Below are positions 40,212-50,876 of a DNA stretch of 62,993 bases, in pieces. Made by a program: the position numbers and the translations under genes. The notes under the pieces are model-generated. The model did not search any database. It was not told the DNA's origin and saw nothing but the letters and a program-made list of their open reading frames with translations. Positions within the stretch are counted from its first letter, which is position 1, and the number at the start of each line of letters is the position of its first letter. The stretch covers positions 1 through 62,993 of the forward strand of contig CAXGMD010000008.1 in the NCBI GenBank assembly GCA_964010765.1, written 5' to 3'. The DNA is from an uncultured bacterium. Lineage in GTDB: Bacteria > SAR324 > NAC60-12.

Positions 40212-42410
40212 ATGATGGACGCCGAGCAACAAAATCAAATTCAGATCAAACGTGATGCACTGAACATGAATGTGATGTCACTGAAGCCAGAGCACTTTCA
40301 GGATTTGGCTCATGTTGGCTCAATCCTCACAGAACTTGAAGAATTCGCATCATTGATGGATGGACTGGAGCAGCCTCAATTCAGCAAAATTTTGAAGGAA
40401 TTAGGGCATCGGCTTGGCCAAATTGTGGCGGAGTTGTCTCCATACGAATCTGGTCTGGAAGAATTTCAGCAACTTCATGAGCAGTTTGATAATGCATTGG
40501 AGCTTCTCTACGCAGGAGACCAAGAGGACGCTGATAAGATTCTGATCCATGCGTTGGATAGTAAATCAACAGATGGGAAGAATTTAGAATCACAGGATCA
40601 CTACAGTGATTACGCCAAGATTATCCAGCACTGCACTGATGAGATGAAAGGAGATGAAACCCTTGCGGAGTTCATTAGTGAGACTGAGGAAGGGCTCCAG
40701 AATACAGAGGAGACCCTACTTAGATTGGAAGAAGATTTTGAGGATCAAAAAGCGATCTCTAGTATCTTCCGTGTCTTTCATACAATCAAGGGGACTGCTG
40801 GATTTTTAGGTTTGACAGATCTAGGAAGCTTGGCTCATCGGACAGAAGATTTGATGGTTCAGGTCAACGAGGGAGAACGCGAAATCACATTAGAGATCCT
40901 TAACGCAATCCTGTGTGCGACGGATGGTTTATCCAAGTTGATTAGCCAAATGAAGGCTATGATTGCAGGAATGAGTTCAGACCCAGTGGATCTTCGAGAG
41001 GCCTATCAACTTTTGGATTATTTGCTAAGTGATGAAGTTTCGAGATCCGCCTCGGTTTTAGAAAATCCTACTCTTGAAACTATTAGCGTAACCTCACAAC
41101 CTCACTCTGAAGATCAAAAAGCTCTTACCGAAACTCACCCTGAAGCGGGTCAGAATTTAGCGAAGACTTCGAAGTCTCCCACCACTAAGGTTTCAAAAAC
41201 GAATGAGAACGTGGCAGCAACTCAAGTCATGGATATGCTGAAGATTCCAGCATTCAAACTTGATGAGTTGTCTGAGTTCATTGGTGAAATGGTGGTTGCG
41301 CTCTCGGTTTTGTCCCAGAACCCAACGATTGCCAATCTGGAAGATCGCAAATTACATGACCGATTGGATCAGTTGAACAAGATCACAGAGCAACTTCGGG
41401 ATCGAATCCTCAGTATTCGCATGTTTCCGGTCAAGAACGTTTTTTCAAAGCTGACAAGGCAGATGCGAGATCTCTCAAAAAAATCTGGTAAGCAGGTCAA
41501 ACTCACGATTCAGGGAGATGAAACATTAGTTGATAAGACGATCATAGATAGCATCTACGCCCCATTGATGCACATCATGCGAAATACGGTTGATCATGGA
41601 ATTGAAACTCCTGAGGAACGAATAGCAGCGGGTAAGTCCTCTGAGGGAACCGTCAAACTCTCCGCACATCACTTGGGTGATTCCATTCTGATTGAAGTGC
41701 GTGATGATGGGCGTGGATTGGATCGTCAAAAACTACTTTCAAAAGCCTTGGAACGTGGCTTGGTCAATGAGCGAGAGAAACTCACAGATCAACAAATCTT
41801 CATGTTCATCTTCACGAGTGGTGTTTCCACAGCTAAAGAAGTGACTGACATTTCTGGCCGTGGGGTCGGTATGGATGTGGTGAAGAAAGAGGTTGAGAAA
41901 CTTCGTGGCAAGATCAGCGTGGAGACCGAGGCTGGAAAGGGCACTGCCTTCTTGATCAAACTGCCCTTGACGACCTCAATCATTGAAGGGTTAGTAGTGC
42001 GTTTGGGCGAAAATCGCTTTGTTCTACCCATTCTTGATGTACACCTGACGCTGATTCCAAAAAAGGATCAACTTTATGACGTTCAAGATCGTGAAAGTGA
42101 GTGTTTGATTCTGGCTGGAGAAGTCATTCCAATAATGCGGCTTCATGAGTTTTTTGATGTCGAGGCTGATGTGATGGTCCCAGAGGAAGCAATCATTGTA
42201 GTTGTTAAGTACGGTGATAAAAAATATGGACTGATGGTCGATGAACTACTGCACCGGCAACAAATTGTGGTAAAGAATCTTGGAGAAACCTTCATCAATC
42301 TGCCTGGAATCACAGGAGGAACAATTCTGGGTGATGGGAGAGTCGGATTGATTCTAGATCCAGAGACGCTGATTCATCGCTCACACAACATCAACGTGAC
42401 GATCAATTGA
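40212..42410 (+). CDS. cheA: Chemotaxis histidine kinase CheA
   Basis: Hpt IFRVFHTIKG, HIMRNTVDHGIE, DDGRGL, SGRGVGMDVV, C-terminal CheW-like P5 (GTILGDGRVGLILD). Confidence 0.95.
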   Translation: MMDAEQQNQIQIKRDALNMNVMSLKPEHFQDLAHVGSILTELEEFASLMDGLEQPQFSKILKELGHRLGQIVAELSPYESGLEEFQQLHEQFDNALELLYAGDQEDADKILIHALDSKSTDGKNLESQDHYSDYAKIIQHCTDEMKGDETLAEFISETEEGLQNTEETLLRLEEDFEDQKAISSIFRVFHTIKGTAGFLGLTDLGSLAHRTEDLMVQVNEGEREITLEILNAILCATDGLSKLISQMKAMIAGMSSDPVDLREAYQLLDYLLSDEVSRSASVLENPTLETISVTSQPHSEDQKALTETHPEAGQNLAKTSKSPTTKVSKTNENVAATQVMDMLKIPAFKLDELSEFIGEMVVALSVLSQNPTIANLEDRKLHDRLDQLNKITEQLRDRILSIRMFPVKNVFSKLTRQMRDLSKKSGKQVKLTIQGDETLVDKTIIDSIYAPLMHIMRNTVDHGIETPEERIAAGKSSEGTVKLSAHHLGDSILIEVRDDGRGLDRQKLLSKALERGLVNEREKLTDQQIFMFIFTSGVSTAKEVTDISGRGVGMDVVKKEVEKLRGKISVETEAGKGTAFLIKLPLTTSIIEGLVVRLGENRFVLPILDVHLTLIPKKDQLYDVQDRESECLILAGEVIPIMRLHEFFDVEADVMVPEEAIIVVVKYGDKKYGLMVDELLHRQQIVVKNLGETFINLPGITGGTILGDGRVGLILDPETLIHRSHNINVTIN

Positions 42411-42434
42411 ACACGCAAGATCAGTCGAGGTAAA

Positions 42435-42923
42435 GTGATGAATGATCTATTTGAAAATTCGGAAGGGAAGTTACTGACTTTCCTGCTAAGAAACCAAGAA
42501 TATGGTATCAAAATTCTTGAGGCTCGTGAAGTTGTGGGCATGATGCACATTGATCCAGTCCCGCATACCTCGGATTTCATGAAAGGAGTGATCAATCTTC
42601 GTGGAAAGATCATTCCAGTGATTGATTTAAGGACCAAGTTCAAGATGCCTCAGGCGGCTCCGACCAATGAAACCTGCATCATTGTTGTTGATTTTGGCAA
42701 CGCCTTCACGGGGATCATCGTAGATTTTCTGATTGGGGTAACCCGAATTGAAGAGGTCAGCTTTGAAGAGACTCCACAGATGAGCGCTAACATTAGAGCC
42801 GAATTCATTTCAGGAATGGCCAAACTGGAGGATCGGGTCGTGATTGTTCTTGAACTAAAAAATGTTTTGTCTGCGAAGGCAATGGTAAGTATCTCAACAA
42901 ATCAACCTGAGATCGCATTATGA
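42435..42923 (+). CDS. cheW: Chemotaxis coupling protein CheW
   Basis: LTFLL...[19 protein letters not shown]. Confidence 0.94.
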   Translation: MMNDLFENSEGKLLTFLLRNQEYGIKILEAREVVGMMHIDPVPHTSDFMKGVINLRGKIIPVIDLRTKFKMPQAAPTNETCIIVVDFGNAFTGIIVDFLIGVTRIEEVSFEETPQMSANIRAEFISGMAKLEDRVVIVLELKNVLSAKAMVSISTNQPEIAL

Positions 42924-44332
42924 CTGTTTCCATGCGAGGGCTTCTGAATCGGGGGGTCTGTGTCTTTGCTTTGCTGATTCTTCTTGGAGGAGAATTGTTT
43001 CTCAGAAGAGAAATGCTGCTGTCGCTCGAAGATTCCTCGGTAGATCAAGCGACTTTAGATACGCTGCATGGACTCTCGGCAACACATGAACTATGGCTCA
43101 TAGTACTCGCGGGAATTCTCGCAATGCTGTCGGGATTAATTTTTTGGAATACAGGAAGCGCCAGTATCAAACCTCTGAAAAAGATGGTTGAAGAATTGAT
43201 GACGGCTTCTTCACAACTTCGTAAAGCGTCTGAACAAGTTGCAAAAAATTCTGCTGAGCTTTCTAACGATTCTATGCAGCAGGCAAACAGTGGAGAACTA
43301 GCTTCTAATGTAATGCACGAAATTGCTTTGCCATCGATTGCTATCTTTTCCTCAAGTTCTATCCAAGTGGCAGAACAGATTGAGGATATCAATGCCCTGG
43401 CTCGCTCTGTTGAAGAGAATACACAGCGCACCTTAGAACTCTCTGCAGAAGCCCGCGCAGCGGCAGAGAGCGGGGTTCAGGCGATGAGTGAGATTAGCAG
43501 TGCGATGCGAGGTGTTCAGGAAGGCAGTTCCCGAATTACGGATATCATTGAGGTGATTGATACGATCACACATCAAACGAAGATGCTGGCAACCAATGCA
43601 GCGATTGAGGCAGCCCGGGCTGGTGAGCAGGGGAAAGGTTTTGCGGTCGTTGCTGATGAGGTGTCTAAGTTGGCAGAAAATTCTAAAAAGGCTGCTCGTG
43701 AGATAGGTGAACTGATTAGAGAAAGTGTTGCCAAGGCCAGAGATGGAGGAAAGCTTGCTGCCGATGGAGAAGCAGCCCTTCAAAATATCCTACAAACGGT
43801 GGTTGAAGTTGTGGACCTCGTAAGCGATGTTGCCCTTTCTGCTTCTGAGCAAACAGAGAAAATGCGAGAAGCTGAGAGGCTGATCATTGAAATCAAACAG
43901 GCTTCAACAGATCAAAACAAGCACACTCCTGAGTTGGCGACTGCTATTCAGGATATGATCAAAGTTGCTCAGAAATCAGCAATGAATGCTGAGTCTGGGA
44001 CCGTTGCAGCAGAACAACTTTTTGCCCAAGTACAGATCTTGAGTGACTTGGTAGATCGTCTCGCATCCCAGATAGGTACTTCCAAAAAATCTCAAATAGC
44101 ACCAATGCAAGCTTCGAAGCCCAAAAAGGAAGCTGTCAACAATGCTCGCTTGCTGCCTGCTCCATCTAAAAAGTCAGGTCCAACCAAGTTTAATCCAGAG
44201 ATGAAACGCCCACTGGCAATGAAAGCTTCGACTTCAAATATCAATCAATCCAGTTCTTCCAAATCAAAACCTGATCCTCAAAGCAAGCCCTCCGATATCA
44301 TTCCCATGCGGGACGACTTCTCAGAATTCTGA
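42920..44332 (+). CDS. Methyl-accepting chemotaxis protein with minimal periplasmic loop and C-terminal pentapeptide
   Basis: Two TMs about 29 aa apart; [23 protein letters not shown]; ends DFSEF. Confidence 0.9.
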   Translation: MTVSMRGLLNRGVCVFALLILLGGELFLRREMLLSLEDSSVDQATLDTLHGLSATHELWLIVLAGILAMLSGLIFWNTGSASIKPLKKMVEELMTASSQLRKASEQVAKNSAELSNDSMQQANSGELASNVMHEIALPSIAIFSSSSIQVAEQIEDINALARSVEENTQRTLELSAEARAAAESGVQAMSEISSAMRGVQEGSSRITDIIEVIDTITHQTKMLATNAAIEAARAGEQGKGFAVVADEVSKLAENSKKAAREIGELIRESVAKARDGGKLAADGEAALQNILQTVVEVVDLVSDVALSASEQTEKMREAERLIIEIKQASTDQNKHTPELATAIQDMIKVAQKSAMNAESGTVAAEQLFAQVQILSDLVDRLASQIGTSKKSQIAPMQASKPKKEAVNNARLLPAPSKKSGPTKFNPEMKRPLAMKASTSNINQSSSSKSKPDPQSKPSDIIPMRDDFSEF

Positions 44333-44376
44333 GAGATTTCTTTACAGGGTTTCTCTCCAAAGCGAGCAATCTTCTT

Positions 44377-46110
44377 ATGGTGTCTCGATTGGGGCTAACG
44401 TCCCGAATTCTGCTTGCCAGTAGTTTTGTAATAATTGTGCTTGCTCTACTACGATTAGGTGTCAATTGGGTGTTGATTGAAGATCAGGTGATGAAAGAAA
44501 TTCTATTGGAATCCAAGGCACTGACTCAGCAGGCTCAGATTGTCTTGAAACAAAGTGCTCAGATTCATGTTCAGTACGTTGAAAAATTGGTAGAGAAGGA
44601 GCAATTAATCACTCAGAATACAAGTAGCATTAAAGGCCTTCCCACCAGCGTAATCCCCATTCATTTCGCTCAGGAAGTTGCTCAGCAAGGATTGAAAAGT
44701 GAGTACTACAGTTTACGAGTAATTCGAAAAAATATCTCAAATCAAGCTGTGCTCACAGATTTGGCCGTCCTTAATCATCTGCGCGAGAATGAGCTTACTG
44801 AACTAATTAAATTGGATGAAAAACAGAATGTTTTCCGCTATGTCAGTCCCATTCGAGTGGGCCAGGAATGTATGGTCTGCCATGGTGCCAAAGAAAGTCT
44901 GGAGCAGGACCCATCAAGCACATTAAATAATGAATTGCGTGGTTGGAAAGTTGGGGATATCCCAGCAGCATTTGCTGTGATTGTGGATCTTCAACTTATT
45001 TCGGATCGATTCCAAGAAACCATACCAAGACTCCTCTTGGTGAGTCTAATCGCGCTTTGTTTTGGGCTGGTGATCGCATTTATGGTCACTTATTCGATCT
45101 TGAGACCGCTAAAGAGTTTTGTCATTCGACTGCATAAAATGGCTCAGAAAAACGTAAGTATCGCTGAACAGGTTAGCCAAAATAGTAATAGCCTGACTTT
45201 GTCGAATGGGAACCAAGCCACTCATCTTTTGAAGGTGATGGAAAAGATTAAGGAACTTGGAACACACGCTCTGGAAAATCTAGACAAGGCCCAGTTGAAC
45301 ATAAATTCCACTAATCAATTGACCGACTCGTTTCAACTGATCATTGCTCAATCCCAATCCACAGAGCAGGCTGTTTCAGACATGAAAAACTCAATCAAAG
45401 AGGGCTCTGAATCAATGGTAAATATCATGAGTGTGCTACTCTCTGTCAGAGATAGTGGCTTGCTCATCAACAAAATTTTGGAGTCCCTGAATAGTATCAC
45501 TCAGCAGACGAAGATGTTGGCTACAAATGCTGCGATTGAAGCAGCTCGAGCAGGCGAGCATGGAAAAGGGTTTGGAGTAGTAGCCAATGAGGTCGCTAAA
45601 CTCGCTGAAAACTCAAAGCTTGCTACTCATCAGATTTCAAAGCTGATCTCAGATTCAGCACAGCAAGGTATGCAAATAGGCGAGTTGGCTGATAGGGGAG
45701 GTCAATCACTGAAGCAACTAGAGAACAAGTTTGAAGCTCTTTCAGATTTTGTAGAAGACTTGGCAAAGTCTGTCCTTCTAAATAGTGACAATGTCATAGC
45801 TATCAACGACCGAGCTTCTAAAGTGAGTGAGTTGTCAATGTCCCAATCAAAGGAAACGGAAGATCTGCTCTTTCTTCTTCAGCAGATGGATGAAAATGAA
45901 CACCAAAACAAGAGCTTTACAGATAAGACCTTGATCGAAGCCCATCAGCTACATGAAGGAGCCTTGCACTTACTGGGATTGATCAAAGAGATTGAATGGC
46001 TAATCTCAGGTGATGAAAATTCAACCAAAATTTCGAAAAACAGGCTGGATAATCCAAGCAAATTAGAACGTCTGCAATTACCTTCAAATACAAAAAATTT
46101 GGGTGGTTGA
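44377..46110 (+). CDS. Methyl-accepting chemotaxis protein with periplasmic heme c-type (DUF3365/Tll0287-like) sensor
   Basis: TM, then FRYVSPI...ECMVCHG...GWKVGDI, then [25 protein letters not shown]. Confidence 0.85.
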   Translation: MVSRLGLTSRILLASSFVIIVLALLRLGVNWVLIEDQVMKEILLESKALTQQAQIVLKQSAQIHVQYVEKLVEKEQLITQNTSSIKGLPTSVIPIHFAQEVAQQGLKSEYYSLRVIRKNISNQAVLTDLAVLNHLRENELTELIKLDEKQNVFRYVSPIRVGQECMVCHGAKESLEQDPSSTLNNELRGWKVGDIPAAFAVIVDLQLISDRFQETIPRLLLVSLIALCFGLVIAFMVTYSILRPLKSFVIRLHKMAQKNVSIAEQVSQNSNSLTLSNGNQATHLLKVMEKIKELGTHALENLDKAQLNINSTNQLTDSFQLIIAQSQSTEQAVSDMKNSIKEGSESMVNIMSVLLSVRDSGLLINKILESLNSITQQTKMLATNAAIEAARAGEHGKGFGVVANEVAKLAENSKLATHQISKLISDSAQQGMQIGELADRGGQSLKQLENKFEALSDFVEDLAKSVLLNSDNVIAINDRASKVSELSMSQSKETEDLLFLLQQMDENEHQNKSFTDKTLIEAHQLHEGALHLLGLIKEIEWLISGDENSTKISKNRLDNPSKLERLQLPSNTKNLGG

Positions 46111-46113
46111 ACT

Positions 46114-46938
46114 TTGCAGATGTTACTTCCTCAAATGGATGATTCGGAGTTTGAAGACTTCCGAAAACTGATACACGAAAGTATCGGTATTAGCCTGTCA
46201 CTGCAGAAGAAGCAGTTGTTGATGACTCGACTGTACCGACGGATGTATCAACTTGGAATCAACTCTTATGGAGAGTATTGGGCGCATGTCCTGAATGACG
46301 AAACGGGTTCGGAAATGGTTTTGTTGTTGAACGCCGTTTCCACGAACAAAACGGATTTTTTTCGGGAAAGCGATCATTTCACTTTTTTGAAAAATGAGGT
46401 TTACCCCCAACTCCAAAAACAACAAACGATCCGTATATGGAGTTGTGCCTGTTCAAGTGGTGAAGAGGCCTACACAATTGCAATGACGTTGCTTGATGCA
46501 TTTGGTGGAGTATTGGGTGGTCGAGACGCAAAGGTTCTAGCTACTGATATCTCGACTCGCATGCTGGATCAGGCGGAACTAGGCCGCTATCCAGTCAATC
46601 AGTTGCCCTTAATACCGGAAGTTTTGCGCAATCGTTATTGTCAGATTCTCCCGGAAACGAATGGGGAGATGTTTCAGGTTAGTAGTCAATTAAAGGCATT
46701 GATTCGATTTCGCCGGTTGAACCTCATTCAGGAATATCCTTTACGGACCCAGTTTGATTTCATCATGTGTCGAAATGTCATGATATATTTCGACCGGGAT
46801 GACCAAGAAAAATTGATTGAACGGTTGAGCGGCTATATCAAACCTGGTGGTTATCTCTTTGTGGGTCACTCAGAAAGTTTGATTGGTCTCCAGAATTCCT
46901 TGAAATATGTACAAAGCTCCATTTACCAGCGGATCTAA
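46114..46938 (+). CDS. cheR: Chemotaxis methyltransferase CheR
   Basis: STNKTDFFRE, IWSCACSSGEEAY, ATDIS, CRNVMIYF, GHSES. Start may be the ATG at 46120. Confidence 0.95.
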   Translation: MQMLLPQMDDSEFEDFRKLIHESIGISLSLQKKQLLMTRLYRRMYQLGINSYGEYWAHVLNDETGSEMVLLLNAVSTNKTDFFRESDHFTFLKNEVYPQLQKQQTIRIWSCACSSGEEAYTIAMTLLDAFGGVLGGRDAKVLATDISTRMLDQAELGRYPVNQLPLIPEVLRNRYCQILPETNGEMFQVSSQLKALIRFRRLNLIQEYPLRTQFDFIMCRNVMIYFDRDDQEKLIERLSGYIKPGGYLFVGHSESLIGLQNSLKYVQSSIYQRI

Positions 46939-46983
46939 TCGTGATGAATCCAACTCTTTATCCAAAATTCAGAGGCAAATAAA

Positions 46984-48030
46984 ATGACAGGCGGGCCAGT
47001 CAAAGTGCTGATCGTGGATGATGCACCGATCGTAAGAAATGTCCTCACAAAAGAACTCAGTCGTGATTCGCGTATTGAAGTCGTTGGGGCTGCTGAGGAT
47101 GCTTACCAAGCTAGGGATATGATCATTGAAAGGAATCCTGACGTGATCTCCCTTGACCTGCTGATGCCAAGAATGGATGGCTTGGAATTCATGGAGGTCT
47201 TGATGAAACACTGGCCCATGCCGATCATTGTGCTGAGTTCAATCGTCGATGATCATTGGGATCAAGCCCTAAGAGCCCTGGAGTTGGGGGCTATTGAAGT
47301 GTTCGCAAAACCAAACCCAGAAGATCCTGTGGCCTTCAAGGCAATGTTGGCCCGCTTGACAGATACTCTTGTCTGGGCAGCGAGGATTGACATGAACGAG
47401 GTGTTGCAGAAAAAAAAGATCCAGAGCAAACCAAGTCCTCTGAAATCCCCCTCTCTAGCAAGGGCTGCAGACAAGATAATTGCAATTGGTGCTTCAACAG
47501 GTGGGGCCGAAGCTTTGCGAAATATTATTCCACTGTTACCCCCAACAACGCCGGGTATATTGATTGTCCAGCACATGCCGGAGCACTTCACACATTCCTT
47601 TGCACAGCGACTTGATCAGATGTCACAGATTGAGGTGAAAGAAGCAGAAGACGGGGATGAGGTTTATCCGGGTAGGGCGCTATTAGCTCCGGGGGATCAT
47701 CACATGCGATTGAAAAACAAGAATGGAAAGTATGTAGTGGATATTGTCAAGGGACCGCTCGTTTCACGTCATCGTCCCTCGGTAGATGTACTGATGCAGT
47801 CCGTCGCAGATACTGCAGGCGCTGAAGGGGTAGGTGTGATGTTAACCGGAATGGGGAATGATGGGGCCAAGGGGATGCTGTCCATGAGAGAGCGAGGTGC
47901 TCGAACTATCGCACAAAGTGAGGAAACCTGCGTGGTGTTTGGTATGCCCCGTGAGGTCCTGAATAACGGTGGTGCAGAAACCGCTGTACCGCTGCCTGAT
48001 ATCGCCAGTAAGTTGATGAGTTTAGTCTAG
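46984..48030 (+). CDS. cheB: Chemotaxis methylesterase/response regulator CheB
   Basis: Receiver plus GASTGG, VQHMP, HRPSVD, LTGMGNDG. Confidence 0.95.
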   Translation: MTGGPVKVLIVDDAPIVRNVLTKELSRDSRIEVVGAAEDAYQARDMIIERNPDVISLDLLMPRMDGLEFMEVLMKHWPMPIIVLSSIVDDHWDQALRALELGAIEVFAKPNPEDPVAFKAMLARLTDTLVWAARIDMNEVLQKKKIQSKPSPLKSPSLARAADKIIAIGASTGGAEALRNIIPLLPPTTPGILIVQHMPEHFTHSFAQRLDQMSQIEVKEAEDGDEVYPGRALLAPGDHHMRLKNKNGKYVVDIVKGPLVSRHRPSVDVLMQSVADTAGAEGVGVMLTGMGNDGAKGMLSMRERGARTIAQSEETCVVFGMPREVLNNGGAETAVPLPDIASKLMSLV

Positions 48031-48045
48031 TCTTGGCGGTATTCA

Positions 48046-50295
48046 CTATCCGATTGGCAACTCAATCGTGAAGCTTGCTCCTCCGTCCTCTAGGTTCTTG
48101 AAGCGCACAAATCCGTTGTGATCAGAAATTGTTTGATGAATGATTGTTAGCCCCAAGCCGGTGCCATCCTTCTTGGTGGTCGCATACGGTTCGAACAAAC
48201 GATTGATGATTTCTGGTTCGATTCCAGTGCCGTTATCTGAGACTTCAATTCTCGCGATACGCAACTCCTCAGCGACACTTGTCTTGATTTGAACCGTCCC
48301 TTGCCTTAACAGACGGGATAGTCTGCCTTTATTCTCAACAGCTGTAACTGCATTATCTACTAGGTTGACCACCACGCGCTTCATTTGCTCTGCATCAATG
48401 GATAATTTGGGCATGTCCTCGCAAAAATCAGCTACCAACTGAATGCGAGTGGGCAGGTTCCCTTCATAAAGATCCACCACCTCTGATAGCACACCATGGA
48501 GATCCGTAGGTCGTAAGTGAGATTCTGGAATTCTTGCGAACTGTGAGAATTCGCTAACCATTCGTTTGAGTTGTTCCACCTCGTTGATGATTGTCTGTGT
48601 GGCATGCTGCAGAGGTTTGGGATCATCAACTTTGTTTGTGTACTTCCGACGAATTCGCTCCGCAGAGAGTTGAATGGGAGTAAGCGGATTCTTGATTTCA
48701 TGGGCTATCCGCCGGGCAACTTCTCGCCATGCCTGGGAACGCTGTAGACGATGAATTTCAGTGATGTTGTTGTAGACAGCGATCACACCGATAGGTTCAT
48801 TATCTCGATTCTGTAGTGTCAGCAGAGTAACTGCAACTTGGATGGGCTGTTGTTGGTGAATCAAAGTCAAGTGACGATAGACGCTCCCAGACTGATGCTC
48901 CTGTAATTGTTCCCACATTTCGATAAAAGCTGGGAGTGCGTCCTCTGAGAGCACTTCATCAATCCGATTATTTTCACTAACCTTGTCTTCTCGCCAGGGC
49001 AACAGTTGGTGAGCAGCTCGGTTCACACGACGGAGCCTACCCTCCGGATCCAGCAGGACTACGCCAGTACTGATATTCTCCAAGACTAATTCCAAGAGTC
49101 GGTGCTGTTCTTCCAAAGCTTGATGGCTTTGTTGAAGGTGCTCCGTTGTTCGTTCGAGGGCGATCTGATTAATTTCCAGATCTTGACTCATCGAATTGAA
49201 GGCTCGAACCAATAAACCAAAGTCTTTGTCCAAGGTGGACTTGGGTTTGACCTGATACCCCAATTCCCCATCAGCAACTCTTTGAGTGGCTTGGGCTAGA
49301 TCTTCAATTGGTTGAACAAATCCACGTGCAAAATAAAAGGCCAGCCAGGTCGCAACAAAGACTATACAGAGCGTCATCAGCAGAAAGATCACTAGATAGT
49401 ACCGGCGCAGCAAGTCCTCTGATTCCGTAAAGAATCTTGAATTGCGTTCCTGTTCGATGATTCCGTTGATCGCCTGAGTAATCGGTTGAGATGCGGGATG
49501 GAAAAGTTCGAGCAATAACTCCTGATTTTGAGGAGCTTTAAGTTTGTGCAAAGAGCGATAGAGAAAACGATCTTGTTGTTCTTCTACCAACCACGACTCT
49601 TCCTGTTGAAGAACTTGGTACCACTCAGCAGTACTCGGTGCTTTCCAAGAACGCTTGGCTTCTTCGGTACGAAGTTTTTGGTGGATAATTTCTCGCTGGG
49701 GATTATAGATCGTGAGTCCATCACCCAAGGATCTGCCAAGTCGCTCATCCAGCTCTTCTAGGTTTGCGAAGAGGTCGGGGTTCTGCTGAAGGGTCTGCCG
49801 GAGAACCCAGCTTTCCAATGCTAGCATCTCTTTCAAGTCACGATGATAAACCTCAGAGACCTGACGTGCGTTATCAACTACTGACTCATGCTGTCCAGTC
49901 AGCCAGGATTCCAATGTAGTAGAGATGAAACTACTGGCAAAGAGGTGGAAGGCCATTGCTGGCAAGGAAAGAAGTGTGAATGCCGCGATCAACTTGGTCT
50001 TCAGAGTAACACCAAGTACCTGCTTGTGCCGCTCAACGACAAGCTTCAGCAGGTTTTTGGCGATCATGTAGAAGACAACCGCCAACAAGACGATGTTGAT
50101 GTTGATTGCTACAAAGAGGATCAGGCGGGAATTGACACTTCCAGTGTCTGGCAGTCCTTGGCGAGTATTGAAGTAGACAAGAAAAACAATCAGTAGCAGG
50201 AGGATGGCGGTGGCCAACAACCTGTGGCGGATGCGAGGGTCGGCCTCGAGAAGTGTGCTGAGGCCCGCCCGCGCTTCGGCAAGGCGGAGACGCAT
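48046..50295 (-). CDS. ntrY: NtrY-like PAS/HAMP sensor histidine kinase
   Basis: Several N-terminal TMs, HAMP, PAS, AWREVARRIAHEIKNPLTPIQLSAER, FSQFARIP, FEPYATTK. Confidence 0.82.
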   Translation of the reverse strand: MRLRLAEARAGLSTLLEADPRIRHRLLATAILLLLIVFLVYFNTRQGLPDTGSVNSRLILFVAININIVLLAVVFYMIAKNLLKLVVERHKQVLGVTLKTKLIAAFTLLSLPAMAFHLFASSFISTTLESWLTGQHESVVDNARQVSEVYHRDLKEMLALESWVLRQTLQQNPDLFANLEELDERLGRSLGDGLTIYNPQREIIHQKLRTEEAKRSWKAPSTAEWYQVLQQEESWLVEEQQDRFLYRSLHKLKAPQNQELLLELFHPASQPITQAINGIIEQERNSRFFTESEDLLRRYYLVIFLLMTLCIVFVATWLAFYFARGFVQPIEDLAQATQRVADGELGYQVKPKSTLDKDFGLLVRAFNSMSQDLEINQIALERTTEHLQQSHQALEEQHRLLELVLENISTGVVLLDPEGRLRRVNRAAHQLLPWREDKVSENNRIDEVLSEDALPAFIEMWEQLQEHQSGSVYRHLTLIHQQQPIQVAVTLLTLQNRDNEPIGVIAVYNNITEIHRLQRSQAWREVARRIAHEIKNPLTPIQLSAERIRRKYTNKVDDPKPLQHATQTIINEVEQLKRMVSEFSQFARIPESHLRPTDLHGVLSEVVDLYEGNLPTRIQLVADFCEDMPKLSIDAEQMKRVVVNLVDNAVTAVENKGRLSRLLRQGTVQIKTSVAEELRIARIEVSDNGTGIEPEIINRLFEPYATTKKDGTGLGLTIIHQTISDHNGFVRFKNLEDGGASFTIELPIG

Positions 50296-50301
50296 GGCGA
50301 C

Positions 50302-50736
50302 TTATTGAATGACGGACTTGTAGTAATCTTCCTTGGAGGCCACTTGGTTGTGGTCTACTTTGTATTCCTCACTGTGCTTAACGAGCAACTGTTGTGCTTC
50401 AAAGACACCGTTCTGCATACGACCTTCGACCACCACTCCCTGGCCCTCACGGAACATATCCGGTTTTACACCTTCATATACCACTGGAATGGAGCGCATG
50501 GAGTCTTCGGTGATGTGAAATGCCAGCCGAATACTACGCGCATCCCATTCGACAGTACCTGGTTGAACAAGCGCACCGATTCGAATGGTTTTTTCTTGAA
50601 AATCAGTGGGTGCCGCCAGAACTTCCTGGGGAGTATAGAAGTAGACAGTCATCTCTTGTAGCCCCTGCACAGATAAGGCCGCTAATACACCAAAGATAAC
50701 AGCACCTCCAATTACGAACTTATGACGAGTCTTCAT
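50302..50736 (-). CDS. ccmE: Cytochrome c maturation heme chaperone CcmE
   Basis: N-terminal TM, YFYTPQE, PDMFREGQGVVVEG, LVKHSEEY (HxxxY). Confidence 0.93.
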   Translation of the reverse strand: MKTRHKFVIGGAVIFGVLAALSVQGLQEMTVYFYTPQEVLAAPTDFQEKTIRIGALVQPGTVEWDARSIRLAFHITEDSMRSIPVVYEGVKPDMFREGQGVVVEGRMQNGVFEAQQLLVKHSEEYKVDHNQVASKEDYYKSVIQ

Positions 50737-50876
50737 TTCTGGCGTTGAGTTTCCTTAAGAGTTTTCAAAGATTGTTGAAACACTTTACGTTTCTGTTTGA
50801 TCCAAGAGATGTAAATCACGAAAGCCAAAATCCAGAGTCCATAGCTGATTAGCACATATTCCAGATTCATGGGCAT
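50733..50876 (-). CDS. ccmD: Heme exporter protein CcmD (47 aa)
   Basis: Not in ORF track. [49 protein letters not shown] plus basic tail; TGATG overlap with ccmC and ATGA overlap with ccmE. Confidence 0.85.
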   Translation of the reverse strand: MPMNLEYVLISYGLWILAFVIYISWIKQKRKVFQQSLKTLKETQRQK

